53,736 nucleotides of DNA. It comes from Candidatus Hydrogenedentota bacterium (GTDB lineage Bacteria > Hydrogenedentota > Hydrogenedentia > Hydrogenedentales > SLHB01). The number at the start of each line of letters is the position of its first letter. Position 1 is the first letter of the stretch. The notes beneath the pieces were generated by a model, which worked only from the letters and a program-made list of their open reading frames with translations, ran no database searches and had not been told where the DNA came from. Positions 1 to 8,579 of the stretch are shown here, piece by piece. A program made the translations under genes and the position numbers. The stretch is taken from NCBI GenBank assembly GCA_029974275.1, contig JARKSN010000280.1, positions 1 through 53,736 on the forward strand, read 5' to 3'.

Positions 1-23
1 GACCCGGATCAGTGCGCCCAGAC

Positions 24-139
24 CCGCCCGGCACAGAGACCGGGCGCTACAATGACGGAAATCGTGCGCCAAACGGTGAAATCGGGACGAATATGGAGCC
101 AAAAAGCCCTAATGACTCAGAATTTTGTTGCAATGGCCC
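24..139. repeat. ~115-bp dispersed non-coding element, copy 1, containing a GTAG-type REP-like hairpin (minus strand)
   Basis: Closely matches 22763-22875. The hairpin core CGCCCGG-N8-CCGGGCG also occurs at 49630-49655. Confidence 0.85.
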
Positions 140-154
140 CGGGAGAGGTATTTC

Positions 155-183
155 TTGACAAAATCGTGGTTTATGAAGATACT
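155..183 (+). promoter_or_regulatory. sigma70-type promoter for the EPS operon
   Basis: TTGACA-17 nt-GATACT about 100 bp upstream of the GT4 gene. Confidence 0.6.
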
Positions 184-283
184 ATGATCGGCACGGAATG
201 GAGGAGGCCGGTGTCGCGCAAGGATTCTTTTTTGTGCGTATGAGGACCGGGGAAGGGGAACAGATGCGGGAGGACCGGCGGGT

Positions 284-1402
284 ATGCGCATTGCCTTTCT
301 AGGCACGCGTGGGATACCGGCGAACTACGGCGGATTTGAGACGTTTGCCGAGGAGCTCAGCGTGCGGTTAGCGGCGCGGGGGCATGAAGTCACGGTCTAC
401 TGCCGCAAGGCGAGCTATGCCGATTGTGCAGCAACCTACTGCGGGGTGCGGCGGGTAACGCTGGGCAGCGTCCATACCAAGTACCTGGACACGCTCTCGC
501 ATACCTGTTTATCGACGCTCCATCTGTTGCCCGAGAAGGTGGACATCGCGTACTACTGCAATTCGGCAAATGCCTGTTTCACGTGGCTGCCGCGCGTGTT
601 TGGGGCGAAGGTCGTGCTGAACACCGACGGGCTCGAGTGGGAACGCGCAAAGTGGAACTGGGCGGGCAAGACGTATTACCGGCTTTCCGAGCATCTTGCC
701 GCGTTGTTTCCCGACCGGCTGGTGTCGGATTCTCGGGTGATCCAGCGGTATTACAAGGAGAAATTCGGGGTCGACAGCTCGTTCGTCGCATACGGCGCGG
801 ATCCGCTCGAACGCGGGTATGGCGCGGAACGACTGGCCGAATTGGGCGTTGAACCGGAAAAGTATTTTTTGTACGTCAGCCGGCTCGAACCGGAGAACAA
901 CGCGCACTTGGTGGTGAAGGCCTTCGAGCAAACGCCGGCGGACTTCGCGTTGCTGATGGTGGGCGGGGCTCCGTTTGCGCACGATTATATTCGCGAACTG
1001 AAGTCGACCCGCGACCCGCGCATCCGTTTTCTTGGGCCGCTGTACGGCGAAACCTACAAGGCGCTGCGCGCGAACGCGTATGTTTACGTGAACGCCATGG
1101 AAGTCGGCGGCACGCACCCGGCGATCCTTGAAGCGATGGGCGCGGGCAACTGTGTGCTCGTGAGCGACATTGCGTACAATACAGAAGCGGTGGCCGAGGC
1201 GGGGGTGACGTTCCGCAACAAGGATGTCGTCGATCTGCGCGAGAAAATGGCGTATCTTGTCGATCATCCGGACGAAGTGCGTGCGTATGGGCGCAAGGCG
1301 GCGGTCCGGGCGCTCGCGGAGTACGACTGGGAAAACGTGACGAGCGCGTACGAAACGCTCTTTCAGGAGTTGCTGGAAGGCAAGCGGCCTCTTTCGACGT
1401 GA
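284..1402 (+). CDS. GT4 glycosyltransferase (DUF1972/WchF-like)
   Basis: N-terminal GTRGIPANYGGFETF, SRLEPENN and GT-B EVGGTHPAILEAM motifs; RBS GGAGG. Confidence 0.9.
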   Translation: MRIAFLGTRGIPANYGGFETFAEELSVRLAARGHEVTVYCRKASYADCAATYCGVRRVTLGSVHTKYLDTLSHTCLSTLHLLPEKVDIAYYCNSANACFTWLPRVFGAKVVLNTDGLEWERAKWNWAGKTYYRLSEHLAALFPDRLVSDSRVIQRYYKEKFGVDSSFVAYGADPLERGYGAERLAELGVEPEKYFLYVSRLEPENNAHLVVKAFEQTPADFALLMVGGAPFAHDYIRELKSTRDPRIRFLGPLYGETYKALRANAYVYVNAMEVGGTHPAILEAMGAGNCVLVSDIAYNTEAVAEAGVTFRNKDVVDLREKMAYLVDHPDEVRAYGRKAAVRALAEYDWENVTSAYETLFQELLEGKRPLST

Positions 1403-1446
1403 AAGGCGCCGGTCGTGACGGGACAAGGCAACGGAGAGATGGACGA

Positions 1447-2427
1447 ATGACTCTGGACTGGCGCGGGCGAACCGTGGCGGTGACCGGCGCGGGCGGCTTT
1501 ATCGGCAGTCATCTGACCGAACGCTTGCTTGGGCTGGGCGCGCACGTCCGTGCGGTGGTTCACGGCAACATGCGCGGCAGCGTCGGCCACCTGTCCCGCA
1601 CGCCCGCGGAGTGTCTGGATCGACTGGAAATTCTTCACGGCAATATTTGCGACGTCGCGTTCGTGCATCAGGTCCTGCGGGACATGGACACCGTGTTTCA
1701 TTTGGCCGCGATCACGAGCGTGGCCTATGCCTACTCGAATCCCGAGGAAACCATCCTGACCAACGTGTCGGGCACCGTGAACATCTGCACGGCGGCGCGG
1801 GCCGCCAAGCCGCGCCGCATGGTCCATGTATCGTCCGCTGGCGTGTATGCAAGCACCGATATGGACGAGCCCATCAGCGAGACCCATCCCGTGCGCGCCT
1901 ACAACCCGTACACCGCGTCCAAGCTGGCGGCGGACAACGTTGTCGAAAGCTTTCATCTGTCCTACGATATCCCCGTTGCGACATGCCGTATCTTCAACGC
2001 ATACGGGCCGCGCATCAGCCGGTTCCTGGTGATCCCGACGATTATCACGCAGTTGCTCAAGGGCAACGAACTGCGCCTGGGAGACCTCTCGCCGACGCGG
2101 AACTTCACGTACGTCGACGACATCATCACCGCGTTCATCCGGATGGCCGAGGAAGACAGCGTGGTGGGCGAGGTGGTGAATTTCGGTTCGCCGCGCGCGG
2201 TGACGATCGGACAGCTCGCGCAGATCATCGCCGATCTCATGGGGCGCGATGTCGAGATCATCACGGAAGACAATCGTCTGCGCCCCTCCAAAAGCGAGAT
2301 ACAACGCGTGCTCGCGGATAGTTCCAAAGCGAAGCGCATATTGGGATGGGAACCGACCGTCGACCTGGAAGAAGGTCTGCGGCGCACCATCGAATGGGTC
2401 CAAACGGCCTCCGAAAAACAACGATGA
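1447..2427 (+). CDS. NAD-dependent NDP-sugar epimerase/4,6-dehydratase (extended SDR)
   Basis: TGAGGFIGSHL, HLAA, YTASK (YxxxK), FNAYGP, RNFTYVDD. Confidence 0.9.
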   Translation: MTLDWRGRTVAVTGAGGFIGSHLTERLLGLGAHVRAVVHGNMRGSVGHLSRTPAECLDRLEILHGNICDVAFVHQVLRDMDTVFHLAAITSVAYAYSNPEETILTNVSGTVNICTAARAAKPRRMVHVSSAGVYASTDMDEPISETHPVRAYNPYTASKLAADNVVESFHLSYDIPVATCRIFNAYGPRISRFLVIPTIITQLLKGNELRLGDLSPTRNFTYVDDIITAFIRMAEEDSVVGEVVNFGSPRAVTIGQLAQIIADLMGRDVEIITEDNRLRPSKSEIQRVLADSSKAKRILGWEPTVDLEEGLRRTIEWVQTASEKQR

Positions 2428-3167
2428 AACAGACCGCGACCCAAAAGAGCCGGCGGAATATTCGCCCCGCCTTCGTCCAGATGCTGGGGGGCGCGGTCGT
2501 TTGCGCGTGCGCGCTGATGGCGGGGCCGTGGGCGTGGGCGGACCCGGAGATTCACTATCACGGGTTTCAGTTGGACGAGCAGATCAAGGTGATCTTCGAA
2601 CAGGAAAACGGGTTGGTCCGCATCACGCTGGTCTCGCGAACGCGTCCGGTCGGAATCGAGCCGAATCAGGAGCCGGAGGATCCGGAGAAAGCCCTGCTGG
2701 GCCGCCACGCCCAGCGACGCGTGCTGGCGCAAGCGCGCGCCGAGGTGCTGAAGCCATCAGCTCCAAACTATTTGCGCAATCCCGGCCAACGTTATAGAGT
2801 GATCGTCGAGGGCGTGTCCATCTGTCCCGAGTACGCGACGGTGTTCGAAGTCAACGCGGCCCAGGCGCGCAAAACGATGGAAGGGGAAATACGCAAGCTC
2901 GCGGCCCGCGCATACGGCGTCGATCGCATCGCGCTTGGATACGCGGCCACGATGGTTCCGGACATTCTGAATCAGGCGGATCGCATGCCCGCGGCCCTGT
3001 CGGACACGGTGCTGCGCAGCGAGGTAGGACGGATTCGCGTCTCGAAGGGGACGCTGCAACGCCGGGCGCTTCCCACGACGGCCCCATCGATGGCCGGTCC
3101 GTTGCCCGAAGCCCCGACGTCGCCCGCGGAACAGGAAGCAAACCTGCAAGGGGTCGCCCCGCGGTGA
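2424..3167 (+). CDS. hypothetical exported protein in EPS operon
   Basis: ATGA overlap with upstream stop; signal-peptide-like N-terminus ending AWA; Pro-rich tail. Confidence 0.65.
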   Translation: MKQTATQKSRRNIRPAFVQMLGGAVVCACALMAGPWAWADPEIHYHGFQLDEQIKVIFEQENGLVRITLVSRTRPVGIEPNQEPEDPEKALLGRHAQRRVLAQARAEVLKPSAPNYLRNPGQRYRVIVEGVSICPEYATVFEVNAAQARKTMEGEIRKLAARAYGVDRIALGYAATMVPDILNQADRMPAALSDTVLRSEVGRIRVSKGTLQRRALPTTAPSMAGPLPEAPTSPAEQEANLQGVAPR

Positions 3168-3214
3168 ACGCGCCATGCGTTTTTCGCGGCACAACGAACC
3201 CGGGGGAGGGATCT

Positions 3215-4570
3215 ATGGTTGCACACGCTATTCGTCGGAGTTGCTGGATCGCCATTGCGGCGCTGGCGCTGACCGGTCTGGGCTGCGCCACGTCGACCGG
3301 CATCACCGTCATCGATCCCGCCGGCAAGACCATGCGCGTCACGCCTGAGGAAATGGCGGCCATGAGCGGCGGCGATCAGCCGTATCTGCTTCAGGTTGGC
3401 GACGAGATCGATCTGGCGTTTCGCGTCAAAAACTTCAGCCAGGGCGATGTTCCGTGGGACTATCGCCTTGAGGTCGGCGACAGCATGGAGGTCCGGCTCA
3501 GCCCGGAAACCCTCGACAGTTCGCGGTATCTCATCGACACGGGCGACGTCATTGGCGTGAGTTTCCTCAACAACTGGCCGCTGAACGTCACGCGCACGGT
3601 CCGGCCCGATGGGAAGGTGAGCCTGACCCAAGTCGGCGACGTGCAGGCGGCGGGTCTGACGCCGCCCGAGCTGCAGCAGCGACTCGTCGATCTCTACAAA
3701 GCCACGCAGATCATCCAGGGCGAACCGGACATCACCGTGAACGTGGACTTCGTGAATCTCGACCGTCTCGAAAGCGTGAGCCGCAACGTCACCGTCCGCG
3801 CCGACGGCAAGATACGTCTGCCGGGATTGAAGACCGATGTGCATGTGGCGGGGTTGACCTTGACCGAGGCGGCCGGCGCGCTCGGCGATCAGATGCTCGC
3901 GCTGATGCGCAACAAGCCTATCGTGGGGCTGGTCGTGTTTCCCGGCATCAACCACGCGCTCGCGAGCATGAACGGCGTGTTGACGATTCGTCCCGACGGC
4001 AAGATTTCCGTGCCGCGCATCGGCGATGTGCAGGCGGCGGGATTCAGCGTCGAAGAACTGCGGACGCGTCTGGGCGAATCGGCCAAGACGGTCGCCTTCA
4101 ACCCGATCGATCCGGCGGTCCGCTTGGTCACGGCGACGGGATCGCGCGTATACGTCGGCGGCGAAGTCGGCGTGCCGGGCGTGTACCCCTTGGCCAGCAG
4201 CCCGACGGCGCTCCAGGCCATCATGATGGCGCGCGGCCTGCAGAACACGTCGCGGCTGCGTTCGGTCATCGTCATGCGCCGCAACCCCGAAGGCAAGCCG
4301 TTCGTCTTCAAGACAAACCTGTACATGGCGCTTTACAAGGGCTACACCGAAAACGACATCGCGTTGCGGCCTTTCGACGTCGTGTACGTGCCAAAAAAGA
4401 TGGTGTCGCGCGCCAATCTCTTCGTCACCCAATACATCGACGACATCGTGCCTTACAACAATTCCCAGGGTGTTAGCGGAACCTATTATCTCAACACCCA
4501 GAGAGTCCATTCGGTGTCGCATAACGGCAACCTGAATCTGAATGTCGGCCCCGGATCGTTTGTCCCGTAA
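3215..4570 (+). CDS. polysaccharide export lipoprotein (Wza/OPX family) with three nested Poly_export motifs and an SLBB domain
   Basis: Lipobox GLGC; three YxLxxGD motifs; three xRxDGK motifs; VYVGGEVGVPG; LRPFDVVYVPK. Confidence 0.88.
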   Translation: MVAHAIRRSCWIAIAALALTGLGCATSTGITVIDPAGKTMRVTPEEMAAMSGGDQPYLLQVGDEIDLAFRVKNFSQGDVPWDYRLEVGDSMEVRLSPETLDSSRYLIDTGDVIGVSFLNNWPLNVTRTVRPDGKVSLTQVGDVQAAGLTPPELQQRLVDLYKATQIIQGEPDITVNVDFVNLDRLESVSRNVTVRADGKIRLPGLKTDVHVAGLTLTEAAGALGDQMLALMRNKPIVGLVVFPGINHALASMNGVLTIRPDGKISVPRIGDVQAAGFSVEELRTRLGESAKTVAFNPIDPAVRLVTATGSRVYVGGEVGVPGVYPLASSPTALQAIMMARGLQNTSRLRSVIVMRRNPEGKPFVFKTNLYMALYKGYTENDIALRPFDVVYVPKKMVSRANLFVTQYIDDIVPYNNSQGVSGTYYLNTQRVHSVSHNGNLNLNVGPGSFVP

Positions 4571-4688
4571 CGCACGGGCGCGCGGGCCTCATCTCCACGG
4601 GGACCCTCCGCGAATGGAAACATGAAACGGTCCGATTCCGGATCGGACGCACATGAGTGCCCGCCGCGCGGGCGAAGGGGGTAGGGTC

Positions 4689-6713
4689 ATGGAACAACGG
4701 CAACTGTTCCTCCGAGACGTCTTGACGGTGTTGTTCAAGCGCAAGGTCTCCATCGCGGTCTTCGTGCTGGCCGTCTTCGCCGTGGTGTTCGCCGGCAACT
4801 TCGCGTGGCCGCCCGCCTACGAGTCCTCGGCGAAAATACGCCTGATGCGCGGACGCGAAGTGTCGCAAGTCGATCCGACCGTCGTGCGTTCTTCCTCGGG
4901 CATCGCCGCGGTGCAACTGAGCCGCGAAGACGTCAACTCCGAAATCGATCTCTTGTACAGCAACGACGTGCTGCAAGAAGTCGTGAAGCAGACCGGGCTG
5001 GACAAGCCCGTTCCCGCCGAAGCGGGGCTGTTGCGTCGCGGATACTACGCGGCGGCGCATGCCGCCAAAAGCGCGCTGTACGCGCTCGGCCTCAAGCACA
5101 GGCCGAATGCCGTTCAAGAAGCCGTCGAATCGTTGCACAAGGCGCTCGATGTAGAGTTGGTCAAAGACTCGCATGTGCTGGACGTTCGCGTGCGGCAACG
5201 TTCGCCGGAACAGGCCCAGAACGTTTTGCAGGAGTTGCTCAAGGTTTACACGCTCAAGCACATTGACGTGTTTTCGACCCCCAAGTCCGTCGCCTTCTTC
5301 GAAGACCAGATGAAAATCGTCCAGGACAAACTCAGTCAAGCGCAACAGGCGCTCGAAGCGTTCCGCGCGGAAAACAAGGTCGTCTCGCTCGATACGGAAA
5401 AGACCCTTCTTCTCGAGCAATACACCGACGCGAAACGCCTGCTGACACAGCTTGTCGAAACCGAGGCCGCCGCCGCCGCCGCGCCCGGCGTCTCGGGCGT
5501 TTCGTTGGAGGAATCCGGCATCACCCAGACGCTTTCGCGGACGACCAACAGCGCCGTGGTGACCGAACTGCAACTGCGGCTGCTCGAATTGCTGTTGCAA
5601 CGCAACCGGCTCGAGCAATCGTTGGGCCCCAAACATCCCGAAGTTATCGGCGTGCGCCGCGAAATCGAGGGCGCGCAGGCTCGTCTGCAGGACGCCATCC
5701 AGAGCGCGCGGAAAAACACCGAATTCAAGCTGAGCGAATTGGAAAAGCGGCTTCAAGAACTCAACCAGGTCCAGGCGCGGCTCGAGGACCTTGAGCGCGA
5801 AGCGCGGATTCAATCGGAATCCTTCGAGTATTACGCGAAGAAAATGGAAGAGGCGCGCGTGGCCGACGAGATGAGCAAACAAGACATGTCCAACGTCAAG
5901 GTCGTGTCCGAGCCCAATGCGCCGGTCAATCCGGTGACGCCGCGCAAAACCCTGAACCTGCTGCTAGCGTTGATCGGGGGACTCATTGGCGGTTTGGCGC
6001 TGGCGTTCTTTCTCGAGTGGCTTGACCATGGCGTCAAGAACCCTGAAGACATCGAGCATTACCTCGGACTCGCTCCGTTGGCCTCGTTTTTCCAAGGGCC
6101 ATACGAGCAGCTCGACCCGAAGGAGGCCCAGCGTCTGCGGGCGTTGCTCGACGCGATGGACGGCGAAAAGCCGCGAAGCCTTCTCGAAGTCATCAGCGCG
6201 ACTCAAGACGAATCCTCGCATCACGTCGCTCGCGCGCTGGCCGAGGCGTACGCCGAAAACCCCGAAACCCGCACGGTGTTCATCGATCTCGTGGGCGACG
6301 GCATCGAGGATATTCCCAGCGGACGCGGCCTTCTGGACGTGCTTCAAGGCGATGCGTCGCTGGACGACGTCATGACGCGGACGGGGCTCCTGAGCGTCGT
6401 GGGCCGCGGCTCCGCCCCGGATTGCCCCGCATATCTGTGGACCTCCGAGATCATGCATCAGACCTTGCAGGCGCTGCGCACGAGATTCGACGCCATCATC
6501 GTTCACGCCGCGCCCGCGTTGCAGGCGTCCGACGGACTGAACATCGCGCGATTCGCGGACGGCATCCTCATGGTCGTCCGTGCGGATCGCACCCGGCGCG
6601 AGGTTGTTCTGCGCGCCCTCGACACCCTGCGCGAAGCCAAAGGAACCGTCCTGGGAGCGGTGCTCACCGAACGCCGCCGCGTGATCCCGAAGGCCGTGTA
6701 CAAACGCATGTAG
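4689..6713 (+). CDS. polysaccharide co-polymerase (Wzc/GumC-like) with degenerate BY-kinase domain
   Basis: Wzz-like N-terminus, coiled coil, HPEV motif, second TM segment (PRKTLNLLLALIGG...), C-terminal CpsD-like fold (ADGILMVVRA) lacking the GK[ST] Walker A. Confidence 0.88.
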   Translation: MEQRQLFLRDVLTVLFKRKVSIAVFVLAVFAVVFAGNFAWPPAYESSAKIRLMRGREVSQVDPTVVRSSSGIAAVQLSREDVNSEIDLLYSNDVLQEVVKQTGLDKPVPAEAGLLRRGYYAAAHAAKSALYALGLKHRPNAVQEAVESLHKALDVELVKDSHVLDVRVRQRSPEQAQNVLQELLKVYTLKHIDVFSTPKSVAFFEDQMKIVQDKLSQAQQALEAFRAENKVVSLDTEKTLLLEQYTDAKRLLTQLVETEAAAAAAPGVSGVSLEESGITQTLSRTTNSAVVTELQLRLLELLLQRNRLEQSLGPKHPEVIGVRREIEGAQARLQDAIQSARKNTEFKLSELEKRLQELNQVQARLEDLEREARIQSESFEYYAKKMEEARVADEMSKQDMSNVKVVSEPNAPVNPVTPRKTLNLLLALIGGLIGGLALAFFLEWLDHGVKNPEDIEHYLGLAPLASFFQGPYEQLDPKEAQRLRALLDAMDGEKPRSLLEVISATQDESSHHVARALAEAYAENPETRTVFIDLVGDGIEDIPSGRGLLDVLQGDASLDDVMTRTGLLSVVGRGSAPDCPAYLWTSEIMHQTLQALRTRFDAIIVHAAPALQASDGLNIARFADGILMVVRADRTRREVVLRALDTLREAKGTVLGAVLTERRRVIPKAVYKRM

Positions 6714-6734
6714 CCGCCCCTCTCCCTGCACGCG

Positions 6735-6764
6735 CCCGCGCGCTCCGCCGGAGGAGCGCGCGGG
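6735..6764. terminator. GC-rich hairpin between convergent genes
   Basis: CCCGCGCGCTCC-gccgga-GGAGCGCGCGGG, 12-bp stem. Confidence 0.55.
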
Positions 6765-6787
6765 GACGGTGCGCAATGCCGGCGGCG

Positions 6788-7882
6788 TCACAACGCCTCT
6801 TTCTCGATGATCTGCGTCACGTCGCACAGATGCAGTATCTGATTCACGAGATATTTCACGGGATTGCGGCGAACGTAGCGCTTGTCCTGCGGCGGGCACG
6901 CCAAAATCTCCGCTGCCGCAAGTTCGACGGCGCCGCCGCTTCGACGCACCAAGCCCCGAGACTCAAAATGCGCCAAGGCGGCATGCACCTCCTCGGCGGG
7001 ATGGTCGCGCGTCGCCGGTTCCACGAAACGGAGCGTTGCCGCCGCCGCAATGCGTCGCACGCGATCGACGATCGCATCGATGCGCACCGGTTCCGTGCGC
7101 CGGTGCAAGCAACGGAGATACAGAATCGTCGCGACCAGTTGGGCGGCGTTGAGTTCGATCAAATCGCCCATGCGATACGCCGCCTCGGAATCAAACCGCC
7201 GCTGCGCCGCGCGATCGGCGCCGGGTTCGAGGTAAAGGGCCTCCCCGAAAATCAGGGTCGATCGCTGGTTTGCAGGATTCCATGTCCGCACGACGGGAAC
7301 CGTCGGCACGGGAGGATTGGGCTTCGCTCGCTGCGTCTGCGCCACAAAAAACGAGATGCCGCCCGGTTCGGCGATCCCGTCGCGGTACTCGAAAAACAAC
7401 CCCGTCCGCGATCGCGTTCCCCCGGGGAACATTCCAAACGGCTGCTCCTCGCGCAACAGCGTCACGAACGGCTTAAGCTGCGCTATCGTGACCCGGTCCC
7501 GGTCGATCATGAAAGCGCCCATCCGGATAAAGAAATCGTTCAGGCCCAGCGCCTCGGAAAACGGAACCCCCTTGAAAAAATCGTGGCGCATCATGTACCG
7601 GATGCGCACGGCCTGATTCGTGGCGCGGAAGATCGCGTTGAACAACAACTGCGGATCATCGAAACGCAAATGGTTGCCCACGAAAATGGCCGGGCCCGAT
7701 TGAGGGCAGCGCTCCGGGAAAAGCGTCCGGCAGCGCACAGGCCATTTTCCGATGCTTCCCAAGACCGTGAGGAGCTCGTCAAAAACATCCGTAAGCGACG
7801 GCGGACGGGCCCACCCCGCCCGATACGCCAAAAAACGCAGGACCTTCCAGCCGCACACCAGCCAACTTCGCAGTTCTTTCAT
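6788..7882 (-). CDS. lysophospholipid/glycerol-3-phosphate acyltransferase (PlsC family) with C-terminal extension
   Basis: NHLRFDD (HX4D), GAFMIDR and FPGGTRS motifs; start codon uncertain. Confidence 0.8.
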   Translation of the reverse strand: MKELRSWLVCGWKVLRFLAYRAGWARPPSLTDVFDELLTVLGSIGKWPVRCRTLFPERCPQSGPAIFVGNHLRFDDPQLLFNAIFRATNQAVRIRYMMRHDFFKGVPFSEALGLNDFFIRMGAFMIDRDRVTIAQLKPFVTLLREEQPFGMFPGGTRSRTGLFFEYRDGIAEPGGISFFVAQTQRAKPNPPVPTVPVVRTWNPANQRSTLIFGEALYLEPGADRAAQRRFDSEAAYRMGDLIELNAAQLVATILYLRCLHRRTEPVRIDAIVDRVRRIAAAATLRFVEPATRDHPAEEVHAALAHFESRGLVRRSGGAVELAAAEILACPPQDKRYVRRNPVKYLVNQILHLCDVTQIIEKEAL

Positions 7883-8109
7883 GCCGGGATTGTATCGACC
7901 CGAATTGTTCCAGGCAACCTGTCCGAGGTTGCGCCACCCCCCGGTTCTGGCATATCGTAAAAACGATCGCGTTGATCGCTGGGGGGCGATCTCTCGCAAG
8001 AACGCCTCTTCCAAAAAACAGAGAGACGCGGCGTCGAAGCGCATGGCGCCGGTTTCGAAAACGTGACCGCCGCCTTTTCGGCATGACCTGAAACAAGGAG
8101 GGGCATACG

Positions 8110-8514
8110 ATGGCTATCCGAAGATTCTTGATCGTAGGCATCGCGTCCATGGCTGTGTTTGGATTGCTCGGGTGCGGATCTCCCGCGCGTATCGGAGCCA
8201 GGTCCGACGTCTCCGCCGCATCGGTCGGCGCAAGCGCCAAACACGAACTCAAAACGTCGCGAAAGGCGCGCAAACACCGCAGACACGTCGTGCGGCACGA
8301 AAGAAAGCAAGACAAAAAAGACGCCAAGCAAGACGCGAAGACCCAAAAAGCCCGCGCGAAAATAGCCGAGAAAGAAGCGAGCCAAAAAGCCAAGGAAGAC
8401 AAGGCCCGCGCGGAAAAAGCCCGGAAAGAAGCCGAGAAAAAAGCCAAAGAAGACAAGGTCCGCGAAGAAAAGGAATTGGAGGACAAAGCCCTGACGGAAA
8501 CCGACGCCCACTGA
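8110..8514 (+). CDS. Lys/Ala/Glu-rich low-complexity lipoprotein
   Basis: RBS AAGGAGG; lipobox LLGC; KAKEDK-type repeats. Confidence 0.75.
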   Translation: MAIRRFLIVGIASMAVFGLLGCGSPARIGARSDVSAASVGASAKHELKTSRKARKHRRHVVRHERKQDKKDAKQDAKTQKARAKIAEKEASQKAKEDKARAEKARKEAEKKAKEDKVREEKELEDKALTETDAH

Positions 8515-8579
8515 GATTCCGGCGTTGCGAACGCCCCTCTTCGAGAAAGCGCGCGGGGCCATGGCGCGACGGGAGAACT

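Noticed and set aside
8172..8579. N-terminal extension of the fucosidase ORF
   Set aside because: It overlaps the better-supported lipoprotein gene; a credible start with RBS and signal peptide exists at 8580.
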